Origin: Candidatus Bathyarchaeota archaeon
GTDB taxonomy: Archaea; Thermoproteota; Bathyarchaeia; 40CM-2-53-6; RBG-13-38-9
Reading direction: 5' to 3'
Assembly: GCA_018396915.1 (NCBI GenBank)
Contig: JAGTRD010000003.1
Span: 173-64,172, forward strand
Length of the DNA stretch: 64,000 nucleotides
In this document: piece by piece, positions 47,048 through 57,254 of the stretch
Layout: every line of letters begins with the position of its first letter
Numbering within the stretch: the first letter of the stretch is position 1
The notes under the pieces: generated by a model
The model's database searches: none
The model's input: the letters and a program-made list of their open reading frames with translations, nothing else
What the model was told of the DNA's origin: nothing
Position numbers and translations under genes: made by a program

Positions 47048-48835
47048 TTGCGATTGTTCAAGGAGGGTAAGATACAGAGGGTTGCAGGGCCTGTCGTGAT
47101 CGGAAAGAACATGTCTGGGGCTCTGATGTATGAGCTTGTCAAGGTCGGTGAGGCTGAGCTCATCGGAGAAATAATTAGGGTTGAGGGGGAGACTGCAACT
47201 ATCCAAGTATATGAGGAGACCACAGGGATAAGGCCTGGGGAGAAGATTCTAAGGACTGGTAAACCTCTCTCTGTCGAGTTAGGCCCAGGCATACTGGGAC
47301 AGATATATGATGGGATACAGAGACCCCTACCGAAGATCATGGATCTTACAGGTGACTTCATTGAGAGGGGGGTCACAGTGCCATCCCTTGACCGGAATAG
47401 AGAATGGAGATTCATTCCAGTCCAGAGGGATGGTTCTAATGTTCAGTCTGGAGATGTCTTGGGAACTGTTGAAGAGACAAGTCTGATAAAACATAAGATT
47501 CTGGTTCCGCCAAATATTTCAGGAACTGTTGAAAACATGGTCTCTGAAGGCGATTATAAGGTTGAGGACCAAATATGTATAATATCTGGTCCAGCAGGGA
47601 AGGTTCCAGCCAGACTCATGCATACCTGGCCTGTAAGGTCTCCTAGACCTTTCAAGAGGAAGGTTCCATCAGACACACCTCTGGTGACAGGCCAGAGGAT
47701 AATAGATTTCCTCTTTCCAATAGCGAAGGGTGGAACAGCAGCTATCCCAGGTGGTTTCGGAACTGGAAAGACTGTGATGCAGCAGCAACTTGCGCAGTGG
47801 GCTGACGCTGACATAATAGTCTATGTCGGTTGCGGTGAGAGGGGGAATGAGATGGCTGAGGTTCTTGAGAGGTTCCCTAAACTTAAAGATCCTAGATCGG
47901 GGAAGCCTCTGATGGATCGAACTGTTCTCTTCGCAAATACCTCAAACATGCCCATTGCAGCTAGGGAGGCTAGTGTATATACTGGCATAACGGTAAGCGA
48001 ATATTTCAGGGATATGGGCTACGATGTTGCCTTGATGGCTGACTCAACATCTAGATGGGCTGAGGCTTTGAGGGAGATATCTGGCCGTCTGGAGGAGATG
48101 CCTGGTGAGGAGGGTTACCCAGCATACTTGGCATCAAGGCTCGCAGAGTTCTATGAGAGGTCGGGGAGGGTTGAGGTATCAGGAACCAGAACAGACCTAG
48201 GATCTGTATCGGTCGTGGGCGCAGTCTCACCTCCAGGAGCAGACTTCTCTGAGCCTGTGACCCAGAACACACTCAGAATAGTAAAGGTTTTCTGGGCTTT
48301 GGATAAGGCTCTGGCTGAGAGGAGACACTTCCCAGCGATAAGCTGGTTGACGAGCTACTCTCTATACTTTGACAGTTTAGAGGAATGGTATAGGAGGGAG
48401 TTCGGGGAGGAATGGGTTGAATACCGTCGGGAAGCGATGCAGATACTCCAGAGAGATGAAGAGTTGAGGGAGATAGTGATGCTCGTCGGTCCGGACGCCC
48501 TCTCTGAAGCTCAGAGGGTAACTTTGGAGGTTGCTAGAATGTTGAAGGAAGACTTTCTAATGCAGAATGCAAGTCACCCAATAGACAGCTACTGTCCAGT
48601 AAATAAGACCTTCCACATGATCAAGATCATAATGAGTTTCTACCATAGAACAGTTAAGGCTGTTGAAGCAGGCATATCTCTACAGAGGATTCTTGAGCTT
48701 CCAGTGAAGGAGGAAATTTCCAGAATGAAGATAAAGCCCCCTGAAGAATTCGACACCTATGCAGATGAGCTGCTGAGAAGGATCGATGAAGAGTTTAACC
48801 AGTTAACTCCCCACATCCTTGCAAGGGCTAGGTGA
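47048..48835 (+). CDS. atpA: A-type (A1AO) ATP synthase catalytic subunit A
   Basis: 595 aa, TTG start. Walker A GGFGTGKTV. The length argues against an intein. Confidence 0.95.
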   Translation: MRLFKEGKIQRVAGPVVIGKNMSGALMYELVKVGEAELIGEIIRVEGETATIQVYEETTGIRPGEKILRTGKPLSVELGPGILGQIYDGIQRPLPKIMDLTGDFIERGVTVPSLDRNREWRFIPVQRDGSNVQSGDVLGTVEETSLIKHKILVPPNISGTVENMVSEGDYKVEDQICIISGPAGKVPARLMHTWPVRSPRPFKRKVPSDTPLVTGQRIIDFLFPIAKGGTAAIPGGFGTGKTVMQQQLAQWADADIIVYVGCGERGNEMAEVLERFPKLKDPRSGKPLMDRTVLFANTSNMPIAAREASVYTGITVSEYFRDMGYDVALMADSTSRWAEALREISGRLEEMPGEEGYPAYLASRLAEFYERSGRVEVSGTRTDLGSVSVVGAVSPPGADFSEPVTQNTLRIVKVFWALDKALAERRHFPAISWLTSYSLYFDSLEEWYRREFGEEWVEYRREAMQILQRDEELREIVMLVGPDALSEAQRVTLEVARMLKEDFLMQNASHPIDSYCPVNKTFHMIKIIMSFYHRTVKAVEAGISLQRILELPVKEEISRMKIKPPEEFDTYADELLRRIDEEFNQLTPHILARAR

Positions 48836-48841
48836 AAGGCT

Positions 48842-50245
48842 ATGTCGATGATGAGGAGTATTGAGAGGGAGTACTGTACAGTCAGCAGAATATCTGGTCC
48901 GCTGCTGTTCGTGAGGGCGGTGAGTGGGGTTGGGTATGGAGAGATAGTTAGGATAACGACCCCAAGCGGTGAGGAGAGGAGAGGCCAGGTCCTCGAAGTC
49001 GGTGAAGATATGGCGGTGGTTCAAGTATTTGAGGGGACATCAGGTCTAGATGTCCCATCGACGAGAGTATCATTCAGCGGAGAGACGATTAAGCTCCCCG
49101 TATCCTCAGATATGTTGGGTAGGATCTTCGACGGAAGCGGGAAACCCATAGACGGTGGGCCGAAAATTATTCCAGAGGATTACCTTGACGTTCACGGATC
49201 CCCGATCAACCCTTATTCAAGGGAGTATCCGAGAGACTTTATTCAGACAGGAATCTCTACAATAGACGGAATGAATACCCTGGTCAGGGGGCAGAAGCTG
49301 CCGCTATTCTCAGGTTCAGGCCTACCACACAACACAATAGTGGCACAGATTGCGAGGCAGGCTAAGGTCAGGGGGACCGAGGAGCCTTTCACAACAGTTT
49401 TCGCCGCCATGGGTATAACAGCGGATGAGGCTAGATTCTTCATGGAAGATTTCGAGAGGCAAGGGGCATTCGAACATGTGACCCTATTCATAAATTTGGC
49501 TGACGACCCGGCGATAGAGAGGATTCTAACCCCTAGGATAGCCCTGACAGCAGCTGAGTTCTTCGCCCATAGGTTAGGCATGCATGTACTAGTTATTCTG
49601 ACGGATATGACAAACTACTGTGAGGCTCTGAGGGAGATATCTGCAGCTAGGGAGGAGGTTCCTGGAAGGAGAGGGTACCCAGGCTACATGTATACAGACC
49701 TGGCTACAATATATGAGAGGGCTGGTCGAACACATGGAAGTAAAGGTTCCGTCACCCAGATGCCTATCCTGACTATGCCTCATGACGATATGACCCATCC
49801 CATACCTGACCTTACCGGCTACATAACCGAGGGGCAGATAATAGTGGATAGGGGCCTATACCGTAAAGGCGTATACCCACCGATAGATGTCTCACCATCC
49901 CTGTCGAGGCTGATGAAGGAGGGCATAGGTAAGGGTAGGACCAGGGAAGACCACAGGGAGGTTTCAGACCAGCTGTATTATGCTTACGCTGAGGGTAGGG
50001 GGTTCAGGGATCTAGTAGCTGTGGTTGGTGAGGAAGCCCTATCCGCTAGGGACAAGCTCTATCTGAAGTTTGCAGACGAATTCGAGAGGAGATTCGTCAA
50101 TCAGGGTGTCTATGAGGATAGGGATATTGATGAGACCCTTGATCTGGGATGGGAACTATTGACGATGCTTCCTGAAGGTGAGTTGAAGAGGATAGACCCC
50201 CAGACCATAAAGACGTACCATCCAAAATATAGAAGGCCAAGCTGA
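48842..50245 (+). CDS. atpB: A-type ATP synthase subunit B
   Basis: 467 aa. Non-catalytic P-loop remnant SGSGLPHN; follows atpA by 6 nt. Confidence 0.95.
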   Translation: MSMMRSIEREYCTVSRISGPLLFVRAVSGVGYGEIVRITTPSGEERRGQVLEVGEDMAVVQVFEGTSGLDVPSTRVSFSGETIKLPVSSDMLGRIFDGSGKPIDGGPKIIPEDYLDVHGSPINPYSREYPRDFIQTGISTIDGMNTLVRGQKLPLFSGSGLPHNTIVAQIARQAKVRGTEEPFTTVFAAMGITADEARFFMEDFERQGAFEHVTLFINLADDPAIERILTPRIALTAAEFFAHRLGMHVLVILTDMTNYCEALREISAAREEVPGRRGYPGYMYTDLATIYERAGRTHGSKGSVTQMPILTMPHDDMTHPIPDLTGYITEGQIIVDRGLYRKGVYPPIDVSPSLSRLMKEGIGKGRTREDHREVSDQLYYAYAEGRGFRDLVAVVGEEALSARDKLYLKFADEFERRFVNQGVYEDRDIDETLDLGWELLTMLPEGELKRIDPQTIKTYHPKYRRPS

Positions 50246-50260
50246 GTAAGGGTTCCTCGA

Positions 50261-50899
50261 ATGCCAGAGCAGTTGATGGATGTCCATCCGACGAGGATGG
50301 AGCTTCTTGCCCTCCGCAAGAGGATGGAGATAGCGGAGAGGGGGAGGGACCTTCTCAGAGAGAAGCTTGACGCAATGATGATTGAATTTTTCGAGTTTGT
50401 AAGGGAGATCTCGAACCTTAGGGCTAAGGCTCAGAAGGTCCTCGGCGAGGCATACTCAGCATTCAGTGAAGCTCAGATGATCCTTGGATTCACAAAGCTG
50501 AGGGAGATATCATATGGAGTAGGGGATAGGTTTGACGTAATAGCGAAGACAAGGAACGTCATAGGTGTCTCCATACCAAGCTTGCAGGTTGAGATGAAGC
50601 CCCTGAATACCCTTCCATATGGGATGTTGGATACGACAGCGAGACTCGACGAGGCCTCCCTAGCCATGGCTGAGGCTATAAGAATCTTGGTTGAACTCTC
50701 AGCTGTCGAGGCTGCTGTCATCAAGTTGGCTGAGGCAATAGCCTCTGTCAAGAGGAGGGTCAACAGTCTAGAATATGTGATAATTCCAAGAATGATAAAT
50801 ACCATACGGTACATCAGGATGCATCTTGAGGAGAGGGAGAGGGAGGACTTCTTCAGGTTGAAGATGATCAAGGGGAGGTTGAGGGGGCCCTCCTCTTGA
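50261..50899 (+). CDS. atpD: A-type ATP synthase subunit D (central stalk)
   Basis: 212 aa, coiled-coil, N-terminal VHPTRMELLALRKR typical of V/A-type D. Confidence 0.92.
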   Translation: MPEQLMDVHPTRMELLALRKRMEIAERGRDLLREKLDAMMIEFFEFVREISNLRAKAQKVLGEAYSAFSEAQMILGFTKLREISYGVGDRFDVIAKTRNVIGVSIPSLQVEMKPLNTLPYGMLDTTARLDEASLAMAEAIRILVELSAVEAAVIKLAEAIASVKRRVNSLEYVIIPRMINTIRYIRMHLEEREREDFFRLKMIKGRLRGPSS

Positions 50900-51269
50900 T
50901 TGATAGGATAGCTTCAGCAAGGTCCCCCCCAGAATCTTCCAAGGCCCTCCTAGCCTCATCCAGAGAGACGTTGGTCTGTCGAGCAACCAACTCAACGTCA
51001 CCCTCAGGTATTCCAGGCTTAGCCTCTAACCTGATATTCTCCTCCCTCAAGTTTCCACCAGCCACCTGAAATATTCTTTGACCCTGAACCACAATAGACA
51101 TAACCGTAGGCTCCTCAATGATTATCCTCTTATCACCTGTTGTGATAGTGACATCCCTCACACCATCCAAGGGTTTGGTCTCCATACCCATCCTCTGCAT
51201 CATTCTCAGAGCCTCTCTGCTTGGGATTCCCCTCATCGACCTCAAGACCCTGTGCGCCAAACCGAACAC
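50868..51269 (-). CDS. nac: nascent polypeptide-associated complex protein (NAC + UBA)
   Basis: NAC domain VTITTGDKRIIIEEPTVMSIVVQGQRIFQV. C-terminal UBA ARRALEDSGGDLAEAI. Convergent 32-nt overlap with atpD. Confidence 0.85.
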   Translation of the reverse strand: MFGLAHRVLRSMRGIPSREALRMMQRMGMETKPLDGVRDVTITTGDKRIIIEEPTVMSIVVQGQRIFQVAGGNLREENIRLEAKPGIPEGDVELVARQTNVSLDEARRALEDSGGDLAEAILSIKRRAPSTSP

Positions 51270-51325
51270 CTCAAACTGAAAATACTCTTACTTGTAGGCC
51301 TGATAATCTTTATGTTTAATAAAAT

Positions 51326-51841
51326 TCAGGGTTGAGACGAAGATCTCCCCATCTCACATACACCCTTCCTAACCTTCACAGCCAAGCCTAGTCTAAATGA
51401 AGTCATCTCAACACCGCTCAGAACAGCCTTACCAACAGCTAGCAACCTACCGTACCTGTCAACTATGAGAACCTCGCTTCTAGGCCTTATCGCTGGATCA
51501 GCCTCCAAAACATGCTTGGCGAAGAGGCTCCTACCCTCCTTGATGAACTCTTCAAAGCCCTCCTTAACCTTCACCGTCAAAGGAGTTTCAGAACCCATTC
51601 TATCAACAAGCCTCTTGGCCCCATCGATCGTTAAGCTCAGGAGCCCATCGCTGCTTCTGAGGGTTGCCAGAACCTTACCCCTGTAAATGATGAGTCTAAC
51701 CCTACCAGTCCGTTGGGAGCGTGTAACCTTCACACCCTTAGGGAAGAGGACCCTGCCTGTCTGGCCTCCGAACTGGTAGTTGGCGACACCCCTTATCCTC
51801 CTCAGCTCCCATAGAGTAGGCTTGTCCATTGTCCCTCGCAA
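51326..51841 (-). CDS. PUA-domain RNA-binding protein (ArcTGT C-terminal-like)
   Basis: 171 aa. The C-terminal PUA-like segment IRPRSEVLIVDRYGRLLAVGKAVLSGVEM is preceded by a pre-PUA region. Confidence 0.7.
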   Translation of the reverse strand: MRGTMDKPTLWELRRIRGVANYQFGGQTGRVLFPKGVKVTRSQRTGRVRLIIYRGKVLATLRSSDGLLSLTIDGAKRLVDRMGSETPLTVKVKEGFEEFIKEGRSLFAKHVLEADPAIRPRSEVLIVDRYGRLLAVGKAVLSGVEMTSFRLGLAVKVRKGVCEMGRSSSQP

Positions 51842-51888
51842 AACTAATAGCCTTGCACCGAATTTAAGTTTCCACAGTTCCTTGAAGG

Positions 51889-52389
51889 ATGTGTTTAAAT
51901 TTGAACTGTGAAGTGTGCGGCTCAGTCATACATGGAAACCCTAAGAGAATAGTTCTTGAAGGCACGAGGCTCGTCGTATGTTCAGAATGCTCTGTACTGG
52001 GTGAACCTGACCTGAAGCCTCAATTTGAATCAACCGTTAAACCCAAACCTGCGAAAGCCCAAACTATAAGATTTGGCTCCAGTAGACTTCCTAAGGAGTT
52101 TGAGGAACTGGACATAGTCGAGGACTTCTCAGAGAGAATAAGGGATGCTAGGGAGAAGATGGGTATAACCCAGAAGGACCTTGCTAAGATGGTGAAGGAA
52201 CGCCTCTCCATAATACAGAAGTTGGAGGTTGGCAAGATGGTTCCTGACATGAGGCTGGCACGGATGCTTGAACATGCGCTCAAGATCAAACTCCTCACAC
52301 CTAGAAGCGAGCCTGAGGTAGAAGATGTCGAAGGAGCTGAGTATGAGCTTACCCTAGGAGACGTAATCCAGTATAGGAAGAAGGATTAG
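51889..52389 (+). CDS. archaeal multiprotein-bridging factor 1 (zinc ribbon + XRE HTH)
   Basis: Zinc ribbon CEVCGSVIHGNPKRIVLEGTRLVVCSEC plus HTH ITQKDLAKMVKERLSIIQKLEVG. Confidence 0.85.
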   Translation: MCLNLNCEVCGSVIHGNPKRIVLEGTRLVVCSECSVLGEPDLKPQFESTVKPKPAKAQTIRFGSSRLPKEFEELDIVEDFSERIRDAREKMGITQKDLAKMVKERLSIIQKLEVGKMVPDMRLARMLEHALKIKLLTPRSEPEVEDVEGAEYELTLGDVIQYRKKD

Positions 52390-52441
52390 AGTTACATGAT
52401 TCAATTCATCGCACCCTTCTCAGCCTGAGAGAGGCTTCCGG

Positions 52442-52984
52442 TTGAGAGTTATAGTGCTGCGTTGGGGGCACAGACCCAGAGATTTCAGGGTGACAAGCCA
52501 CGTTGCCTTAACCGCAAGGGCATTCGGAGCCTCAGGCATCATTATCGCAGATGTCTCTGACAAGACAATCGAAAAGACAGTCAGGAAAGTCGTGGAGGAG
52601 TGGGGTGGACCATTCAGTGTGGAGATGGGTATCCCATGGAGGAGATGCGTAAAAGAATGGAGAGATAATGGTGGCGTAACAGTCCACCTCACAGTTTATG
52701 GAGAGAACATTCAGACAAGCGATGTCATGAATAGAATAAGGTCTTTGGGACGAGACCTCCTCATACTTATTGGAAGCCGGAAGGTACCGTCAGAATTCTA
52801 TAAACCTGAGTTTTCAGACTTTAACGTTGCCGTTGGAAATCAGCCCCACTCAGAAGTTGCGGCTTTAGCTGTTTTCTTGGACAGACTGTTCAATGGAGAA
52901 GAATTGTCTAGGGAATTCTCAAGTGCCAAGTTGAGGGTTTTGCCCTCCAGACATGGTAAGAAGATTCTGAAGGTATCTACGTGA
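52442..52984 (+). CDS. tRNA (cytidine56-2'-O)-methyltransferase aTrm56 (SPOUT)
   Basis: Motifs VLRWGHRPRDFRVTSHVALTARAFGASGII and VAVGNQPHSEVAALAVFLDRL. Confidence 0.85.
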   Translation: MRVIVLRWGHRPRDFRVTSHVALTARAFGASGIIIADVSDKTIEKTVRKVVEEWGGPFSVEMGIPWRRCVKEWRDNGGVTVHLTVYGENIQTSDVMNRIRSLGRDLLILIGSRKVPSEFYKPEFSDFNVAVGNQPHSEVAALAVFLDRLFNGEELSREFSSAKLRVLPSRHGKKILKVST

Positions 52985-53228
52985 AACTGTTGGAAGGACG
53001 ATTTTTCGGCTCCATATGAAATAAACAGTTTACTGGGATAATAATTTAAAATAGGAATTACATTTAATATATTGTGACGGTTGGTGAAACTCGCCAGAAG
53101 GGTTACAAGGGATATAGAAATACCTAGCAGCCTGTGACGCTGCAAAGTATGATGAATACATGAGGATTGGCCCAACCCAGATCTAAACCTAACATGAAAT
53201 TACAAGAGGACAGGTTGAGGATGCGCCT

Positions 53229-53735
53229 ATGACGCCCTACGATGATGAGCTCATCAAGGTTGCAGGTCTCCTAGGTGAGGAGGACGCTACCAAGATAGTA
53301 ACATCCCTGATGAAACTCAAAGAAGCAACAGATGAAGTTATAGCAAACGATTCAGGGGTCAGAATAAACATTGTGAGGAAGGTCCTCTACAAATTATATG
53401 ATAAGGCTTTGGTCTCATGTACAAGGGTTAGGGATGAGAAGACAGGATGGTTCGTATTCTACTGGAGGCTCCAACCTGAACAGTTAGATGCCTTCATAAG
53501 GAGTAGAAAGAGGAAGAGTGTAGAGAAGCTGAAGGCAAGGCTGGAGTATGAGAAGTCACATAGCTTCTTCACCTGCAACAAGTGCAGCAACATCAGACTG
53601 CCATTCGAGGAGGCTATCGAGACCGTCTTCAAATGTCCAAAATGCAGCGGGCAACTTGTTGAATGTGACAATAGCAAGATAATAGACGAACTATCGAAAG
53701 TAATTCAGAAGCTTGAGGGCGAACTCTCAGATTAA
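53229..53735 (+). CDS. tfe: transcription factor E (TFE alpha / TFIIE-alpha homologue)
   Basis: 168 aa. Winged-helix N-half plus zinc ribbon CNKCSNIRLPFEEAIETVFKCPKCSGQL. Confidence 0.85.
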   Translation: MTPYDDELIKVAGLLGEEDATKIVTSLMKLKEATDEVIANDSGVRINIVRKVLYKLYDKALVSCTRVRDEKTGWFVFYWRLQPEQLDAFIRSRKRKSVEKLKARLEYEKSHSFFTCNKCSNIRLPFEEAIETVFKCPKCSGQLVECDNSKIIDELSKVIQKLEGELSD

Positions 53736-54016
53736 CATGTAGAACAGGAGTTTCAATTCTAAGAGAACGAGACGATTAGAATCTAAGATATCTGATGTTT
53801 GACCGGTAAAATATCAGGATTCTTGAAGTAGTAAAGATCCCCCCTTCACGAATATGCCTGCCGGAGCAACACCCTTGACAGCATCAGGGTCAATATGGCA
53901 ACTGTGGTCAACGCTACAAGGGCAAGTATACCTTCAGCTATCATCGCCAACGATAAAGCATACCGGAAAACAAGTATCCTTAATATTATAATTCAGATGT
54001 AAATAGTGAGCCGACT

Positions 54017-55111
54017 ATGTCGAATAAAGAATTATCTATCGTATTGGAGTCGCCGAGGAGAGTGGTACCCCGATACTTCGATATTCCAACAGTAGGCTCA
54101 GAAGGATTGTTGCTGAAAGTCGAGGCTGTCAGCATATGCGGCTCAGACGCTGAAAGGTATATTGGTGTGAAGTTCGGTGGACCATTGTCCTCACCCTTAC
54201 CGATAATAATGGGCCATGAGGTTGTAGGCACAGTACACCAGATCGGTGAGGAGGCCTCAAAACATTACGGCGTCGACAGGGGAGACAGGATTGTTGTTGA
54301 ACCGTACATTCTATGCGGTAGATGCAGGTATTGCCTCACAGGATACTACCAACTCTGCGTTAACGTTAGATGTTATGGGATAAATATATCATGTGAGGAG
54401 CCACCCCACCTATGGGGGGCCTACGGCCAGTACATGTACGTAGCACCAAACTCTAGGGTTCACAAGATCTCAACATCAGTTCCAAAGGAGGAGGCGTGTC
54501 TTGCATCAACCTTAGGAAACGCTTTCAGGTGGGTATGCACAAAAGGCGACGTTAAGCCTGGGGAGACTGTGGCTGTGTTGGGGCCAGGCCCCCAAGGCTT
54601 GGCGACAGTCATGGTTGCCCAGCATGCAGGGGCGGGAAAGATTATTCTGGCAGGGACCTCAATCGATAGGAGGAGACTCCAGCTTGGAATAGAGTATGGA
54701 GCAGACCACACAGTAAACGTTGATGAGAGAGATCTAATGGAGGCGGTTTCAGACTTTACCTCAGGGGAGATGGCTGATAAGGTGATATGTACAACAGGAT
54801 CTGTAAAGGCAATCTCTGAAGCGGTAAGGCTTTTGAAGCCTCTGGGGGTCTGTGTCATACCAGGCCTGACCGGCGGCAGGACGGTTCCAATATTGACAGA
54901 TGAAATTGTGACAAAAGAGTTGAGGATCATAGGAGGTTTGGGCCAGCCTTGGAATGTGGAAGCAGCTATAAAACTGTTGGAGAGCAGGAAGTATCCGGTG
55001 GGGAAGATGGCTACACACATCCTCAGCTTGGATGAGGCGGATAAAGGGTTGAGGTTGGCAGCCCAAGAGGTTGAAGGTGAGGATCCGATCAAGGTTGTCC
55101 TCACACCTTAA
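54017..55111 (+). CDS. zinc-dependent medium-chain dehydrogenase/reductase
   Basis: 364 aa. Motifs: SICGSDAERY, IMGHEVVG, CGRCRYCLTGYYQLC, VLGPGPQGL. Confidence 0.88.
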   Translation: MSNKELSIVLESPRRVVPRYFDIPTVGSEGLLLKVEAVSICGSDAERYIGVKFGGPLSSPLPIIMGHEVVGTVHQIGEEASKHYGVDRGDRIVVEPYILCGRCRYCLTGYYQLCVNVRCYGINISCEEPPHLWGAYGQYMYVAPNSRVHKISTSVPKEEACLASTLGNAFRWVCTKGDVKPGETVAVLGPGPQGLATVMVAQHAGAGKIILAGTSIDRRRLQLGIEYGADHTVNVDERDLMEAVSDFTSGEMADKVICTTGSVKAISEAVRLLKPLGVCVIPGLTGGRTVPILTDEIVTKELRIIGGLGQPWNVEAAIKLLESRKYPVGKMATHILSLDEADKGLRLAAQEVEGEDPIKVVLTP

Positions 55112-55139
55112 GAGAGGCCTGCCAACTTTAAGGGAAGCG

Positions 55140-55634
55140 ATGCGTCTACTGAGAAGAAAGGGTTGCAACAGCAAGATCGTTGAACATTCGATCCTAGTAT
55201 CGGAGAAGGCTGAGAAGCTAGCCGAGAAATGTTTGAGGAGAGGGTTGAACGTTGACTTGGAGCTTGTTAGGATCGGAGGATTACTCCACGATCTAGGCCG
55301 GTCTGTTACTGCAGATGTCAGGCATGGAGTTGTAGGGGCTGAGATTCTGAGGAAGGCTGGATTCGATGAGGGACTGGCGAGGATAGTTGAGAGGCATGTA
55401 GGCGCCGGTATACCGAGATGCGAGGCTGAAGCCTTAGGCCTACCATCAAGAGATTACATGCCGGAAACATTGGAGGAGAAGATAGTTTGCTACGCCGATA
55501 AACTTGCGGCTGGAGACAAGATTATCAGTATCGATCAAGTCTTGAAAGAATACTCTAGCAGATTGGGGTCAGAGCATCCAGCAATATCCAGGATAAAAAA
55601 GCTTCATGAAGAGATTATGGGCATCATAGAATGA
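55140..55634 (+). CDS. HD-domain phosphohydrolase (TIGR00295-like)
   Basis: GLLHDLGRS HD motif. ATG 55140 is preferred to the track start, which overlaps the previous gene. Confidence 0.8.
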   Translation: MRLLRRKGCNSKIVEHSILVSEKAEKLAEKCLRRGLNVDLELVRIGGLLHDLGRSVTADVRHGVVGAEILRKAGFDEGLARIVERHVGAGIPRCEAEALGLPSRDYMPETLEEKIVCYADKLAAGDKIISIDQVLKEYSSRLGSEHPAISRIKKLHEEIMGIIE

Positions 55635-55635
55635 T

Positions 55636-56415
55636 GTGTCGATGAAGGTTCTGTTATCAGAGAGGTTAGATGAGCACATAAAGGTTGAGGGACTCAAAGA
55701 GTTGGAGGCTGAGCTTGAGAGAGAAACTTCAGACCTCAAAGTAAATATCATGAATCTTCAGGTTGAGGTGGACGGTTGGGTCAGCCTCGAATATGAAGGT
55801 GAAGACAGCGAAATATTCACTGAGACCCTGAGAAGAAGATACGGGTTCGCTCCAACTCAAACCTCAAGCCTCAGGTTGGGAGACACCTATAAAGGCTTCA
55901 TAAGAGATTCTGGTAAGACTGTGGAGAATATATGCATTGACGTAGGGATAATCTATCCTAAAAGAAAATACTGTTTCTATCCAGCGTCTAGGTTAAGAGC
56001 CCAACTCGCCGACGGCTCCCCTGAACCTGTAAAGAGGATAAGGGAGATGTTCTGCCTCCACGAAGGGTTACCCATAAAAATTAGGATGGAGGGGATTGAA
56101 AGGTCTGGTAGAATATGTGTAGCCCTCACAGATAGGCAGGAGGAGACCCTGAAGAGATGGAGAAGAACACCGCCTGACAGGATCATAGTCATAGGCGCGG
56201 TTACGAGCAGAATATCGGAGGCTATTAGAGAAGCAAATTTGGAATGGGATATAATAAACGTGGTCAGGCTGAGCCTTACAGCGAGCATCCTAGAATGTAA
56301 GCTTGGAAGGAGTGTGGAAAATATTGTTTCAAAGTTGAGGCCCAGACTTCCGAAATCGATGTTGAAAACCTTAATATCAACCAGAGACCTCGAGCCGGAG
56401 ACAGGAAGCCTTTAA
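55636..56415 (+). CDS. conserved-looking hypothetical protein
   Basis: 259-aa ORF starting 2 nt after the HD gene. No motif recognised. Confidence 0.55.
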   Translation: MSMKVLLSERLDEHIKVEGLKELEAELERETSDLKVNIMNLQVEVDGWVSLEYEGEDSEIFTETLRRRYGFAPTQTSSLRLGDTYKGFIRDSGKTVENICIDVGIIYPKRKYCFYPASRLRAQLADGSPEPVKRIREMFCLHEGLPIKIRMEGIERSGRICVALTDRQEETLKRWRRTPPDRIIVIGAVTSRISEAIREANLEWDIINVVRLSLTASILECKLGRSVENIVSKLRPRLPKSMLKTLISTRDLEPETGSL

Positions 56416-56453
56416 GTTAAGGTTGATCTCCATAAATACGGCAGTGATCTAGT

Positions 56454-56654
56454 ATGGTGAAGGCTGACATATCCTCCGGATCATACTCTGACGAGCAGAT
56501 AGAGGAGATACTTGATCTGCAGAGGGACATAATACGTAACAACGTCGAGTTTTTGAAGAATGAGATCAGATACTTTCCATTCCTCTCCATAGCGATAGCT
56601 TTCCTACTAGGTTTCCTACTCGGCTTAGCTAAAGCCCCGAGATCCAAGAAATAG
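56454..56654 (+). CDS. tail-anchored small membrane protein (DUF883/YqjD-like architecture)
   Basis: 66 aa. Charged helical N-part plus a C-terminal TM FPFLSIAIAFLLGFLLGLAKAPRSKK. Confidence 0.5.
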   Translation: MVKADISSGSYSDEQIEEILDLQRDIIRNNVEFLKNEIRYFPFLSIAIAFLLGFLLGLAKAPRSKK

Positions 56655-56721
56655 TTGGATGACCTCAGATACGAGAGATTTATATGAGATGAAAGGGCTT
56701 AACATCAGGAGTTGATACTTT

Positions 56722-56916
56722 ATGACTGAGAAGGTTAAGTTGAGCCCCGAAGAATTGCAGAAGAGAATAAAAGAGGTTAGAGACCTCGCTGAGAAGTCTA
56801 AGCTCGAGATAGAGGAGATGCTGAGGAAGAGGCCTCTGGAGTCTGCTGGAGTAGTCTTCATAGCTGGGATAGTTATAGGTATTCTTATAGGTGTATCACT
56901 CTCAAGGCGCAGTTGA
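56722..56916 (+). CDS. tail-anchored DUF883/ElaB/YqjD-like protein
   Basis: 64 aa. Coiled-coil N-part, then RPLESAGVVFIAGIVIGILIGVSLSRRS. This resembles the DUF883 C-terminal anchor. Confidence 0.55.
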   Translation: MTEKVKLSPEELQKRIKEVRDLAEKSKLEIEEMLRKRPLESAGVVFIAGIVIGILIGVSLSRRS

Positions 56917-57221
56917 AAATGTCCAGAGGATTCATAGAAAATTTGATCGAGTTGTTCTCATCAGCAATAGTCAGAGAGATGCTGATCGACCTAGATAAAA
57001 GGTTGAAAATATACGTCACAGATATGATCCATGGAATATTGAAGAGAATAATCTTGACTATTGCTGGTATCACCCTAACCATGGTTGGAATAATATTTCT
57101 ACTGATCGCCTCCGCAATATACTTGGGTGAGTATCTCCACTCAAGCTGGATGGGTTGTGGTATAGTAGGGATCATAATAGTTATTGCAGGCCTAATACTA
57201 TACGCTGCCAGTCACCGTTGA
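56913..57221 (+). CDS. two-helix membrane protein, YqjE/Holin-X (phage_holin_3_6)-like
   Basis: 102 aa. Two long TM helices after an amphipathic N-part. 4-nt overlap with the previous ORF. Confidence 0.5.
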   Translation: MKMSRGFIENLIELFSSAIVREMLIDLDKRLKIYVTDMIHGILKRIILTIAGITLTMVGIIFLLIASAIYLGEYLHSSWMGCGIVGIIIVIAGLILYAASHR

Positions 57222-57254
57222 AGGCTGAGGACCCAAGGGCAGATACCTATAAAA

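Noticed and set aside
47048-48835. Possible intein in atpA (common in archaeal A subunits)
   Set aside because: The 595-aa length is normal, and the sequence is contiguous around the P-loop (GGFGTGKTV) with no insertion.
53846-53944. 32-aa hydrophobic minus-strand ORF (MIAEGILALVALTTVAILTLMLSRVLLRQAYS) between tfe and the MDR gene
   Set aside because: It is a plausible single-TM micro-protein, but there is no evidence beyond hydrophobicity.
54460-55104. 214-aa and overlapping 137-aa minus-strand ORFs
   Set aside because: They are antisense to the zinc-dependent MDR dehydrogenase and have no motifs.
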